Positions 1 to 9,974 of a stretch of DNA of 64,000 nucleotides are shown here, in pieces; the first letter of the stretch is position 1, and each line of letters starts with the position of its first letter. The stretch comes from a bacterium (GTDB lineage Bacteria; Patescibacteriota; Minisyncoccia; Phycocordibacterales; JAKAEA01). The translations under genes and the position numbers were made by a program. Location: the NCBI GenBank assembly GCA_021785065.1, contig JAJYGQ010000017.1, positions 925 to 64,924 of the forward strand, given 5' to 3'. The notes under the pieces are model-generated. The model saw nothing but the letters and a program-made list of their open reading frames with translations. It was not told the DNA's origin and did not search any database.

Positions 1-333
1 ACCAACGCTGTCGCCAACATTAATTTTCTTAATAATATCGCGAGCAGCAATAAATTCTCGGCCGTAAATAATACCGGTACCGTAGGGTGGTAAATCAACA
101 TATACCGCACCTTTATCAATTGCAATAACTAAACCTTCGACGAGATCTCCAACTGATGGCGGTGTTGCGCTATCAGCCAGAATTTTTCCCATCAAAGTTT
201 CTTTTTTAACAACCTCTTTTTGGGAGCGAATTTCTGTTTTTAAATTTTCTTCTTTTTCTTCCGTATCAGTATTAGACGTTATTTTTTCTTGTTCAGTAGC
301 AACTTCTTCAACTACTTTTTTTGTTCGTGGCAT
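1..333 (-). CDS. rpsA: 30S ribosomal protein S1 / S1-domain protein, N-terminal part (runs off window)
   Basis: Manual translation from ATG at 333: MPRTKKVVEE...PPSVGDLVEGLVIAIDKGAVYVDLPPYGTGIIYGRE...INVGDSVG, an S1 OB-fold pattern. Confidence 0.8.
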   Translation of the reverse strand, partial: MPRTKKVVEEVATEQEKITSNTDTEEKEENLKTEIRSQKEVVKKETLMGKILADSATPPSVGDLVEGLVIAIDKGAVYVDLPPYGTGIIYGREFIAARDIIKKINVGDSVG

Positions 334-480
334 ATAATAAAACACAAAAAAACACGTAAGGTCCGTTTAAGTATCGTGGCGGTAGAAACGGGGTTACTTA
401 CATGACTGCTAATAAGGTTCATACTATATATGAATGCTAAAAAATTGCAAATACTACCGCGGATTTGTTACACTGACGCT

Positions 481-1125
481 ATGATTATTACATCCCAAGG
501 CAACCAGTTTCTAAAACTTCAGGTTGGCGATCTTGTTGTGGCGGTAAATCCGATTTCAAAAGATTCAACGTTGAAGACCAGTCGGTTCGGTGCGGATATT
601 TGTCTTGTTAGCATTAATCACCCGGATTTTAATGGTACAGAACAGGTAGCGCTCGGTGGTAAACAACCACTCGTGATACATGGTCCGGGAGAATATGAGA
701 TTCGCGAAGTTTTTATTCGTGGTTTGCCGTCGCATTCATCCTATGCCCAAACAAAGGGAGGTCTCATGAATACCATTTATCGTTTTATTTTTGATGGTAT
801 TAATATTTGTGTTTTAGGGGCTCTCGATACTGCAAGTTTGCCGGCTGAAACAAAAGAGGATTTAGGGGAAATTGATATTCTCTTTTTACCGATTGGTGGT
901 GATGGTACATTGTCACCGGCGGAAGCATACAAACTAGCGGTATCGCTTGAACCGAAGCTTATTATTCCGCTTGGTTATGATGCGCCTGGTGCCGTTAAAG
1001 ATGCCCTTAAAATTTTTCTTAAAGAAGCCGGTGAAAGTGTGACGGCAGTAGATAAATTAACGCTGAAACGTAAGGACTTAGATGGTAAAGAAGGGGACGT
1101 CGCAGTATTGGCATGCCAGCAATAA
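481..1125 (+). CDS. MBL-fold metallo-hydrolase (Zn-dependent hydrolase-like)
   Basis: ADICLVSINHPDFN, GPGEYEI, IDILFLPIGG, LEPKLIIP motifs; ATG 481 follows TACACT -10 box. Confidence 0.75.
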   Translation: MIITSQGNQFLKLQVGDLVVAVNPISKDSTLKTSRFGADICLVSINHPDFNGTEQVALGGKQPLVIHGPGEYEIREVFIRGLPSHSSYAQTKGGLMNTIYRFIFDGINICVLGALDTASLPAETKEDLGEIDILFLPIGGDGTLSPAEAYKLAVSLEPKLIIPLGYDAPGAVKDALKIFLKEAGESVTAVDKLTLKRKDLDGKEGDVAVLACQQ

Positions 1126-1143
1126 AAAGTGTACACTAGGAGT

Positions 1144-1650
1144 ATGCAAAATCATCTCCACGATTTCATCATTTCCGCTCGTCAATGGCCAGAACATCAT
1201 AGAAAAATGTTTGCGATGGGGGTAAGTAGTGTTATTACGCTCGCTATTGCGGTGGGGTGGGTAGCTACACTACCTGGTCAGTTTGCGGCGCTTCTTAGTG
1301 TGCCACTCCCCACACAAACACAGGCTGCGGCTGTCAGTCTTTCTGTTGTGCCATCACCAACAGCAGCACAAGGAACTCAAGCCACTCCAACACTGCAGAA
1401 TACTTTCCAGCAAGGTTCGCAAATTATTGAATCTATGCAGAAAAATTTTAACACCATTTTTTCTAGTTCAACTCCTCAAAGTAGCACTGCTACATCAGCA
1501 GCACCGACAGTAATAACAATTACAAACTCGTCTTCACAACAAGAAGCTCAAAATAGTAATCCTTATACAAATTTGAAGTACTATGTTTCGAACGGAGTAC
1601 TCATTACTAATTCTTCCGCAGCGGGAACATCTACAGCAACGAGCAGTTAA
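1144..1650 (+). CDS. hypothetical membrane protein with S/T/Q-rich tail
   Basis: One N-terminal TM helix; low-complexity C-terminus. Confidence 0.6.
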   Translation: MQNHLHDFIISARQWPEHHRKMFAMGVSSVITLAIAVGWVATLPGQFAALLSVPLPTQTQAAAVSLSVVPSPTAAQGTQATPTLQNTFQQGSQIIESMQKNFNTIFSSSTPQSSTATSAAPTVITITNSSSQQEAQNSNPYTNLKYYVSNGVLITNSSAAGTSTATSS

Positions 1651-1695
1651 TGTTCTTGAGGAAAAGCTTGCAACGTGCTAAAATAAAGGTTTACT

Positions 1696-4182
1696 ATGCC
1701 CGATAAAGGTAAAAAAACAACCGTCGCAGTAGCGGCGGATTCTAATCCGCGAGTAAATGTTATTGATCGCAATATCTCTACCGAGATGCGCGAGGCTTTT
1801 ATCGACTATGCAATGTCGGTAATTACCGATCGCGCATTGCCCGACGTTCGTGATGGTTTAAAGCCAGTGCATCGTCGTATTCTCTACACCTTGCATGAGC
1901 TCGGCTTAACGGCTGGTGCTAAAACTCGTAAGTCGGCGAAAATCGTCGGTGACGTGACTGGTAACTATCACCCGCACGGCACCATTGCGGTGTACGATGC
2001 ATTGGTAAAGCTTGCTCAAGATTTTTCTATGCGTTATCCGCTCGTTATCGGTCAAGGTAACTTCGGTTCCATTGACGGCGATTCGGCTGCCGCTGATCGC
2101 TACACCGAGGCAAAAATGTCCCGGATAGCTAGCGAAATGTTGCGGGATATTGATAAGGAAACCGTTGATTTTCGTCCTAACTACGAAGGCACGCGTAAGG
2201 AGCCGAGCGTGCTTCCAGCCGCAGTCCCTAATCTTTTATTGAACGGCACACTTGGTATTGCTGTTGGTATGGCCACGAACGTGCCGCCGCACAATCTTAA
2301 TGAAATCACCGATGCGGCAGTGCATCTCATTGATAATACCGACGCTACCAACGAAGACCTGATGCAGTTTGTCCAAGGTCCTGATTTTCCCACTGGCGGC
2401 GTGATTTACGGCGAAAAAGACATTCACCATGCGTATGCTAATGGTAAAGGTTCTATTGTAGTGCGCGGCGAAGCGGAAATTATTGAAACGAAGTCGGGCA
2501 GCTACCAAATTATCATTACCTCTATTCCGTATCGCGTGAATAAAGCGTCGCTTATTCAGTCGATTGCTGATCATCATCGCGAGAAAAAACTCGAGGGTCT
2601 GCGCGAATTGCGTGATGAATCAACCGCCGATATTCGCATCGTTATCGAACTAAAAAGTGGAGCCAATCCGCAGGCGGTACTCAATTACCTCTATAAGCAC
2701 ACCCAGCTAGAAGAGCCGTTCCACCTCAACGTGGTGGCGCTTGTTGATGGTGTTCCCCAGACACTCTCCCTCAAAACTATTCTGCAGGAATTTCTTGTGC
2801 ATCGCGGTACGGTGATTCGTCGTCGCACTGAATTCGATCTTCGCCAAGCTCTCGACCGCGAGCACATTTTAATTGGTTTAAAGAAAGCCCTCGACCATAT
2901 CGACGAAATTATTAAGCTCATTAAAAAATCTAAAGATACACCAACGGCGCACGCTGGTTTGATGAAAGAGTTTAAATTTAGCGAGCGGCAAGCCACGGCA
3001 ATTTTGGATATGAAGCTGCAACGCCTGGCTGGTCTGGAGCGCAAGAAAATAGAAGATGAACTCACCGCGGTGCAAGCGCTCATTAAAGAGCTCAAGGAAA
3101 TTTTAGCTAACCCCAAAAAATTACTCGGCATTATTAAAACCGAACTTACTGAAATTAAGAAAAAATATGGCGACGAGCGGCGCACTAAGGTAGTTAAACA
3201 TGCGGCCAAGAGTTTTTCGGCGGAGGATTTGGTGGCCGACGAGGAGTCGGTGCTCGTGCTTACTGCCGGAGGCTATATCAAGCGCACCGATCCGAGCGAG
3301 TACCGTAAGCAGCGGCGCGGGGGAGTGGGAGTTGTTGATTTAGATACCAAAGAGGAAGATTTCGTTACGCACCTTGTCACTACTAATACGCACAGCGATC
3401 TACTCTTCTTTACTGATCGTGGCAAGGTCTACCAAATGAAAATGTATGAGATTCCGGAAGGGCGTCGAGCCACGAAAGGCAAGTCGATTATGAATTTTCT
3501 AGCCCTCGAGCAAGGGGAGCGGGTAACGTCTATTTTGCCGATGCCGAAAGAAACGAAAAAAGGTGACGCTCTCGGTGCCTTAAGCGTGCTTATGGTGACC
3601 CGTGATGGAGTGGCAAAAAAAACAGCCACGAAAGCGTTTGGCGATGTACGCCGCTCGGGCATTATTGCTATCAAGCTTGCAAGTGGCGATCAGCTCGTGT
3701 CTGCCGAATTTGTTGGCCGGGGAGATGACATTGTGCTCGCCACCGCAAAGGGGCAATCAATTCGTTTTAAAGAATCTGATGTGCGTGAGATGGGGCGGGC
3801 GGCGGGTGGGGTGACGGCAATGCGTCTTGATAAAGGTGATCAAATCATCAGTGCTGACGCCGTTAAAAAAGATCTTAAAAATCCTGCTCTGCTCGTCGTT
3901 ATGAAAAACGGTTACGGTAAAAAGACTGAGCTTGGTGAATACAAAGTGCAAAAGCGTGCCGGTTCCGGTATTAAAACCGCTCAAGTAACGAGTAAAACGG
4001 GCGACGTAATTGCCGCAAAAGTTGTTGCTGAAGGAGAAGATGAACTCGTAGCAATGTCAAAAAAGAGTCAGGTAATTCGCGTGGCTATTAATGAGATTCC
4101 CTCACTTGGTCGCCAAACCCAAGGCGTACGCATTATGAAGCTTCGTGAGGGCGATGCTATCGCTGCTGGCGTCATTTTGTAA
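1696..4182 (+). CDS. gyrA: DNA gyrase subunit A
   Basis: [16 protein letters not shown], catalytic RYTE, GyrA-box QRRGGVG, beta-pinwheel repeats. Confidence 0.98.
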   Translation: MPDKGKKTTVAVAADSNPRVNVIDRNISTEMREAFIDYAMSVITDRALPDVRDGLKPVHRRILYTLHELGLTAGAKTRKSAKIVGDVTGNYHPHGTIAVYDALVKLAQDFSMRYPLVIGQGNFGSIDGDSAAADRYTEAKMSRIASEMLRDIDKETVDFRPNYEGTRKEPSVLPAAVPNLLLNGTLGIAVGMATNVPPHNLNEITDAAVHLIDNTDATNEDLMQFVQGPDFPTGGVIYGEKDIHHAYANGKGSIVVRGEAEIIETKSGSYQIIITSIPYRVNKASLIQSIADHHREKKLEGLRELRDESTADIRIVIELKSGANPQAVLNYLYKHTQLEEPFHLNVVALVDGVPQTLSLKTILQEFLVHRGTVIRRRTEFDLRQALDREHILIGLKKALDHIDEIIKLIKKSKDTPTAHAGLMKEFKFSERQATAILDMKLQRLAGLERKKIEDELTAVQALIKELKEILANPKKLLGIIKTELTEIKKKYGDERRTKVVKHAAKSFSAEDLVADEESVLVLTAGGYIKRTDPSEYRKQRRGGVGVVDLDTKEEDFVTHLVTTNTHSDLLFFTDRGKVYQMKMYEIPEGRRATKGKSIMNFLALEQGERVTSILPMPKETKKGDALGALSVLMVTRDGVAKKTATKAFGDVRRSGIIAIKLASGDQLVSAEFVGRGDDIVLATAKGQSIRFKESDVREMGRAAGGVTAMRLDKGDQIISADAVKKDLKNPALLVVMKNGYGKKTELGEYKVQKRAGSGIKTAQVTSKTGDVIAAKVVAEGEDELVAMSKKSQVIRVAINEIPSLGRQTQGVRIMKLREGDAIAAGVIL

Positions 4183-4222
4183 TTGTCACAATTTTTTATA
4201 GTGAATTTGCTATACTATACGC

Positions 4223-4750
4223 ATGGCATTTTCTAGCCCGATAGATATTCTTTCACGATTCGGTCTTCACGAAGGACACGTTGTTGCCGATCTCGGTGCG
4301 GGATCGGGGTTCTATACGCTTGCTGCGGCGAAATTGGTTGGTGAAGGCGGTAAGGTATATGCCATTGAAATTCAAAAAGAAGTGCTCGCTCGGCTTGTGC
4401 AGCATGCTCGCCAGGAGCATCTTAAGCATCTTATTTTTATTCATGGTGATGCTGAAAAACCCCAAGGAAGTACCATTGCTGACAGCATGGTTGATGCGGT
4501 ACTGCTGTGTAATGTCCTGTTCCAAACAGAGCAAAAAGCAACATTGCTAGCAGAAGCAAAACGGATTCTCAAACCAGGCGGACGGGTGCTTGTGGTTGAT
4601 TGGGCGGGTAGTTTTGGGGGGACTGGTCCGCAGCCGCAATATGTGGTGATCTCCGATATGGCTCGAGAGCTTTTTAAGCGTGCTGGTTTTGCGGAGGTAG
4701 GTCCTATTCCCGCTGGTGACCACCACTGGGGCTTTATTTTTAGAAAATAA
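4223..4750 (+). CDS. class I SAM-dependent methyltransferase
   Basis: VADLGAGSG motif I; RILKPGGRVLVVDW. Confidence 0.9.
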   Translation: MAFSSPIDILSRFGLHEGHVVADLGAGSGFYTLAAAKLVGEGGKVYAIEIQKEVLARLVQHARQEHLKHLIFIHGDAEKPQGSTIADSMVDAVLLCNVLFQTEQKATLLAEAKRILKPGGRVLVVDWAGSFGGTGPQPQYVVISDMARELFKRAGFAEVGPIPAGDHHWGFIFRK

Positions 4751-4751
4751 C

Positions 4752-6080
4752 ATGCTGAGAAAAAAGAACACTAGCGGTATTGCAATGTTTCGCGTCATTT
4801 TACTCGTAGTATTCGGTGCTTTTATTGTAGCTGGAATTTTTTCTTTTGCTTTGTACCGTGGTGGCTCCTCAAGTCAGATGCCCACTATCATCATTTGGGG
4901 CACACTTGATCAAGGTACGATGAGTACACTCATTAACAAAGCAGCTGGCACAAAAGCAAATATCCAATATGTACAAAAAGATCCGACGACATTTAACAGT
5001 GATCTCGTTAATGCGGTAGCTGTTGGTACCGGTCCTGATGTTATTTTAGGTACCCAGGATCAAATTTTTTCAAACAGTAAATTACTCACTATTATTCCTT
5101 ATACCAGTTATCCGCAGCGTACGTTTCTCTCAACATTTATTCCTGAAGCTGATTTGTATTTAGAGTCACAAGGTCTTCTCGCGATTCCTATTGGTGTCGA
5201 TCCACTTATTATGTACTGGAACCGAGCACTCTTTTCTAATGCTGACATTGCTACGCCGCCGACCACGTGGGACCAACTTGTTTCGCTTGTACCCAAACTT
5301 ACCGTAGCCGATAAATCCTACAATATTAGCCAGAGTACAGTTGGTATGGGAGATTACGTGAATGTACAGAATGCACAAGCTATTCTCTCGCTGCTTATGC
5401 TGCAGGCCGGTAATCCTATTGTGAGTATTGATCCAAATGGCAATCTCGTAGCCGCAATTGGAGGAGGAAGCAGTGAGGCTACCGCTGCCGCAAACGCTCT
5501 CTCGTTCTACACACAATTTGCCGATCCCACCTCAGCGACATATAGCTGGAACCGGGCACTCTTGAATTCGCAAGATATGTTTATTGCTAATCAGCTTGCT
5601 ATATATTTTGGTTTTGCCAGTGAGTACAACACTCTTTCGCAGAAAAATCCTAATCTTGATTTTGATGTAGCGACGGTCCCGCAGTTTAGTAAAAATACTA
5701 ACGGCCAATTGGGCGGATCGGGACAATACACCACCTTCGGTAATCTCTACAGTTTTGCTATTCTTCGTCAGTCGCCCAATGCCGCCGCCGCTCTCACTGA
5801 TATTCTCACGCTCACCTCGCAAAACGCGGCGACATTATGGAATTCTTTTACGGGATTACCAGCCGCTCGACTCGATTCTCTAGCGGTTAATCCTGCCAAC
5901 CCAATTGAGCCAATTCTTAGTCAGTCGGCGTTATGGGCTCGTGGCTGGATTGATCCTAATCAAAGTGCAACGAGTCAAATTTTCCAGTCTATGGTAGATA
6001 GTGTTACGTCTGGTCAAGCGGGTCCTTCGCAAGCGGTAATTACTGCGCAAAGTGAACTTAGTACCGCTTTGCAACAATAG
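4752..6080 (+). CDS. extracellular solute-binding protein (family 1, sugar-binding-like)
   Basis: N-terminal TM, IIIWG, GPDVI, PLIMYWNRALF, PPTTWDQL motifs. Confidence 0.85.
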   Translation: MLRKKNTSGIAMFRVILLVVFGAFIVAGIFSFALYRGGSSSQMPTIIIWGTLDQGTMSTLINKAAGTKANIQYVQKDPTTFNSDLVNAVAVGTGPDVILGTQDQIFSNSKLLTIIPYTSYPQRTFLSTFIPEADLYLESQGLLAIPIGVDPLIMYWNRALFSNADIATPPTTWDQLVSLVPKLTVADKSYNISQSTVGMGDYVNVQNAQAILSLLMLQAGNPIVSIDPNGNLVAAIGGGSSEATAAANALSFYTQFADPTSATYSWNRALLNSQDMFIANQLAIYFGFASEYNTLSQKNPNLDFDVATVPQFSKNTNGQLGGSGQYTTFGNLYSFAILRQSPNAAAALTDILTLTSQNAATLWNSFTGLPAARLDSLAVNPANPIEPILSQSALWARGWIDPNQSATSQIFQSMVDSVTSGQAGPSQAVITAQSELSTALQQ

Positions 6081-6081
6081 T

Positions 6082-6573
6082 ATGAAAATTTCCATTAAAA
6101 AAATCACCCACATCACAGCGATCTTGCTTGTTTCGGGGATTATCGTAAGTGTTTCTGGTGTTGCGCTTTCGGTGATGGCTGCTCCACAGCCGCCGCTCAC
6201 AAGCGTTGGTGGTTTGGTGCCGTGTGGTAATGGTAGCGGCGCGCAATTAAGTAATAAAAATGGCACCACTAATTTTTATGCTACTGGTAATACTGCTTCA
6301 ACGACCGCTTGCGATTTCGCTGGCTTTGTTGATCTCGTTAAAAACGTTACCAACTTTCTTATTATCCTTTCGGCGCCAATTTTTGTTGGTATTATGATAT
6401 GGGCTGGCATTAAACTGCTTTTAGCACCTGCGAGTCAAGAACAAATTAAAAGAGTTAAGCAGGTTCTTTTTGATACGCTCATCGCCTTTATTATTATTCT
6501 TGCTGGTTGGCTTATTGTGCATGTGATAGCAACAGCACTCTTTAATTCGTCATTTAATATGTTTCAACCATAA
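6082..6573 (+). CDS. pilin-like protein (TrbC/VirB2-like, CPR type)
   Basis: Signal peptide, GLVPCG...C pair, two C-terminal TM helices separated by a charged loop. Confidence 0.7.
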   Translation: MKISIKKITHITAILLVSGIIVSVSGVALSVMAAPQPPLTSVGGLVPCGNGSGAQLSNKNGTTNFYATGNTASTTACDFAGFVDLVKNVTNFLIILSAPIFVGIMIWAGIKLLLAPASQEQIKRVKQVLFDTLIAFIIILAGWLIVHVIATALFNSSFNMFQP

Positions 6574-6578
6574 TTACT

Positions 6579-7061
6579 ATGATTCGTTATATTTCAAGAG
6601 GATATCTTATTTTTAATATTATTGCGGTGTTTGCGCTCTTTTTTGTTTCGGCGTTGCCGTTGTACCACGCCTCGGCAAATTCACTTCTCAATACCAACAC
6701 CACCCAAAGTCAAGCTGCCTCCTCAAATACAAACACGAGTGGTACGGGCATGGACCTCAATCCATTTAAGGGTGGAACGCTTTGTGACTTTTTAGTAACG
6801 TTACTCGACATTATTACAGAGATCGCGGCGATAGTGGGTGTGCTCGTGCTTATCGGTATTGGCTTTTACTACATACTGGCGCAGGGTAATAAAGAAAAAC
6901 TAGCGACGGCGCACCGTGCTCTTTTTGTAAGTATCATTGCTATCACATTACTTCTTGGCGCGTCTGTATTTGCTCATATTCTCATCACTACGGTTAACGC
7001 AGTTCTTGCGGCTGGCGGCGGCGGGTTTGCGAATCAATCAGCGCTGACGTGTTCACCGTAA
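6579..7061 (+). CDS. pilin-like protein (TrbC/VirB2-like)
   Basis: IGIGFYYILAQGNKEKLATA between two TM helices. Confidence 0.75.
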   Translation: MIRYISRGYLIFNIIAVFALFFVSALPLYHASANSLLNTNTTQSQAASSNTNTSGTGMDLNPFKGGTLCDFLVTLLDIITEIAAIVGVLVLIGIGFYYILAQGNKEKLATAHRALFVSIIAITLLLGASVFAHILITTVNAVLAAGGGGFANQSALTCSP

Positions 7062-7107
7062 ATTTTGCGAAGTATGTTATTATTAAAAAACCAAATAATT
7101 CCATAGT

Positions 7108-7521
7108 ATGACCAGCCTGCAACAACTCGTTGATTCACTTATAAAATTAGCAAATACTATAGTACCTCTTCTGCTTTCTGTTGCGGTTATTGTCTTTATT
7201 TGGGGAATAATTCGCTATCTCTGGATTCGTCCCGATAGTCCCGATGAACGAAAGAATCTTCGGAATTTTTTAATTATGGGGGTTATTGCTATTACGGTAA
7301 TTCTATCTATTTGGGGATTATCAACAATGCTTAAAAATACTCTTTTCCCCTCTGCGCCTTGTCCGGTCGGTGTAGCAGGCTGTGGATCGTCGGCCGCGAC
7401 ATCAGGTGGTCCTAGTAGTCCTAATAGTTCCAACAGTTCTAGTAATCCTTCCGGCGTTCAATATAATAACGGTACCTACTACCAGACACAGCCTACTTCT
7501 CCTTTAATACAAGGTGTGTAG
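7108..7521 (+). CDS. pilin-like protein (TrbC/VirB2-like)
   Basis: AVIVFIWGIIRYL...DERKNLRNFLIMGVIAITVILSIWGL. Confidence 0.75.
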   Translation: MTSLQQLVDSLIKLANTIVPLLLSVAVIVFIWGIIRYLWIRPDSPDERKNLRNFLIMGVIAITVILSIWGLSTMLKNTLFPSAPCPVGVAGCGSSAATSGGPSSPNSSNSSSNPSGVQYNNGTYYQTQPTSPLIQGV

Positions 7522-7644
7522 TCGAAATTTGCCTTCAAAGATATCCACAATGCTAGCGATTTGCTTGCTTGCATTTACCAGAGGGCCCCGTATACTTAAA
7601 GTAAATAAAACGTCGTTATTTACACGGCCATTAATTTTAAAAAA

Positions 7645-8073
7645 ATGAGAAAAATTATTTCTTCCGTTGGGCTTATCGCAGGTGGTCTCGTTGCTGTAGC
7701 CGCACCGCTTGTAGCGTTTGGACAACAAAACAATATCGGCTCAGCAGGACAGGGCGCTCTCTACCAATTAAATGGTGTCGTGGGTTCAACGGGAAGTTTG
7801 GTGGCAACATCAAATAATGTCCTTAATATGGTAGTGGGACTCTTAATTACCCTTGCGGTCATTGTCTTTATTGTTAACGTCATTAGATTTGTCTTGAGTA
7901 AAAACGACGAAGAAGCAAGAAAGAATGCCAGAAAATACCTGATCTGGAGCGTTATTGCTATTGCGGTTATTATTGGACTTTTCGGAATTGCAAAACTTCT
8001 TTTGGCGACGTTTGGTATCAACGGTAATAATCTTCAGCAGTCCGATATTCCCACCACACCAATCTATCAGTAA
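7645..8073 (+). CDS. pilin-like protein (TrbC/VirB2-like)
   Basis: Signal peptide; VFIVNVIRFV...EEARKNARKYLIWSVIAIAVI. Confidence 0.75.
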   Translation: MRKIISSVGLIAGGLVAVAAPLVAFGQQNNIGSAGQGALYQLNGVVGSTGSLVATSNNVLNMVVGLLITLAVIVFIVNVIRFVLSKNDEEARKNARKYLIWSVIAIAVIIGLFGIAKLLLATFGINGNNLQQSDIPTTPIYQ

Positions 8074-8085
8074 TCTCCACCCGCG

Positions 8086-8439
8086 GTGAGCATCCCTCAA
8101 TCTTTGGCGGCTACAGGTGTTATTTCAGGAAGTCCTTATTACGCTGCTATACGTGATGATGTGGTAATGCCCATCATCTACCTGGCTTTTGCGGCGGCTC
8201 TACTTGTCTTTATTTGGGGAATGATTCGCTACCTTGTTGCGCTGCATAATGGAGCGGCAGATGAAAAACGTCAGGCAGGGCAGCGACATATGATTTGGGG
8301 CGCCATCGGCATCGCCATCATGATCTCTGTTTTTGGAATTATGCAATTTATTTGGGGCACACTGGCGAGTTTGCCGGGTGGAAGTCAGGGGTTTAATGGC
8401 CAAACAGCGACGCCGCCACCGGAAATCAACGGCTTGTAA
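8086..8439 (+). CDS. pilin-like protein (TrbC/VirB2-like)
   Basis: FIWGMIRYL...DEKRQAGQRHMIWGAIGIAIMISVFGI. Confidence 0.75.
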   Translation: MSIPQSLAATGVISGSPYYAAIRDDVVMPIIYLAFAAALLVFIWGMIRYLVALHNGAADEKRQAGQRHMIWGAIGIAIMISVFGIMQFIWGTLASLPGGSQGFNGQTATPPPEINGL

Positions 8440-8473
8440 TTAAATTAGTTTTGTAAAATTAAAAATTGTCTAT

Positions 8474-8509
8474 AAAAAAACCCTCCCGGAGTGTGGCTCC
8501 AAGGAGGGT
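8474..8509 (-). terminator. intrinsic terminator of the 8534-9508 gene
   Basis: ACCCTCC...GGAGGGT stem followed by a T-run on the minus strand. Confidence 0.6.
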
Positions 8510-8533
8510 AGAGGTGAGGGGGTGAGAACTTTT

Positions 8534-9508
8534 CTACTGGCGGTGTGTGAACCAGTAGTAAACTCGCCCCCAACAGGGAGAGGAGAAGATGATTCTGGAG
8601 GGAAGGGGAGATATGGATAACCTCTCTCTTCTCCAACCTTCTCTCCATCTCCTTCGGCCCAGCCTATAATAGACTGGGGCCCGGTTTGTGGGGGAGAACA
8701 GGACGTTAATCTTGTTCTCTCTCCGCACAACGGGAGAGATGTTCATGGTGAACACCTCCCCCGGCCACAGCGTCACCTCGTATGCTAGTGGCTGCCGATG
8801 CCGCGGCGCTTTGCGCCGCGGCGGGGGTGCCAGCGGAACCGCTGGCGAAACTGGCGGTGGCATAACCACTGTCGGTTTTGGAGACGGTGGCGCCTGGTGC
8901 ACCACCGTCCGCTGGTTATTGTTAACGTTCTTCACATTAACAATAAACGCGGGTGTCGTTGGTTGTGGCGCTGGCACCACTACCGCGTTTGGTGGCGGCA
9001 GTGGAGAGGTCATCATCACAACTGGTCGTTGTAGTGCTCCCGTCACTGCGGCTACGAGCCACATTACCAGCAGCACAGTCAAGACACTACTGGTGATGAT
9101 GATAATCCACCACCACCATACCGCTCGAATCAGCAATGATACTGCTACTCCGAGCGCGACCGTTGCCACCACGATCCAGAAAAGGATTGTGGTGGGGGGC
9201 ACTACGACTGCTATGAGCAGCAGTAGTAGTGCGCTGGCTATGATAGCCAGCGCGATCTTGCCCGCCAGATCCCACCACCGGTTTGGTGGTGTTGCTGACG
9301 GAGCCGCCGGAGTTGGTGTGGGTGGGGTGCTCCCACCCGAAGCCGGATTACGACGTACCATTTTTTTCTCCTTTTTCTTGGTCCTACTACCGCTTCCTTT
9401 TTTATTAGAAGAAGCGGTAGCGGATGGTTTACCTGTTCCAACTTTCACTGTGGTCACATTGACCACAGTGACTTCAACTCCCCCTTCGGGGCATTTCGGT
9501 TTTGGCAT
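8534..9508 (-). CDS. hypothetical Pro-rich membrane protein
   Basis: Basic N-terminus, about 3 TM helices, Pro-rich linker; has consensus promoter, SD and terminator. Confidence 0.6.
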   Translation of the reverse strand: MPKPKCPEGGVEVTVVNVTTVKVGTGKPSATASSNKKGSGSRTKKKEKKMVRRNPASGGSTPPTPTPAAPSATPPNRWWDLAGKIALAIIASALLLLLIAVVVPPTTILFWIVVATVALGVAVSLLIRAVWWWWIIIITSSVLTVLLVMWLVAAVTGALQRPVVMMTSPLPPPNAVVVPAPQPTTPAFIVNVKNVNNNQRTVVHQAPPSPKPTVVMPPPVSPAVPLAPPPRRKAPRHRQPLAYEVTLWPGEVFTMNISPVVRRENKINVLFSPTNRAPVYYRLGRRRWREGWRRERLSISPLPSRIIFSSPCWGRVYYWFTHRQ

Positions 9509-9587
9509 TGCCTGCCCCTTTTAAAAAACAAATCAAAGATCAATACACACCGGCGCGTATTATATAAAATCTATAAAGAAATGTCAA
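9509..9587 (-). promoter_or_regulatory. sigma70 promoter + boxA-like motif + SD
   Basis: TTGACA(9587-9582)-17bp-TATAAT(9564-9559); TGATCTTTGA; AAAAGGGG before ATG. Confidence 0.75.
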
Positions 9588-9591
9588 GAGG

Positions 9592-9674
9592 TGGGCGGGG
9601 AGGGACTTGAACCCTCAACCCCTTGCGGGACATGGTCCTAAGCCATGCGCGTCTGCCAATTTCGCCACCCGCCC
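9592..9674 (-). tRNA. tRNA-Leu(TAG)
   Basis: Cloverleaf GGGCGGG...CATGG-CT-TAG-GA-CCATG, long variable arm, GTTCAAGTC. Confidence 0.93.
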
Positions 9675-9974
9675 ATTTTTTAAGTGATATTTTTAGAACA
9701 TCAACTTTAAAAGGTAGATAAAATGTAGCACATAATGAGAAAATAATATATAAAAGCTTGACAAAGCTTTGTATTACAAAGTAGGATGGCGGAAGGTTGC
9801 TCTATATTTAGATGACCACAGTTTTGTGAGGAATTTTGTCTTAATATATTAGCGATTTCTTAATTTTTCATACGCGATGTTATGTAACAATGTCGCAATG
9901 TTACTGTCAATGGTTTCGTAATTTACATTTTTAGTATGCCGGTTTTATTAAGGGTGCACATAATTATTATCTCT

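Noticed and set aside
8688-9524. 278-aa + strand ORF
   Set aside because: Antisense shadow of 8534-9508, which has the promoter, SD and terminator.
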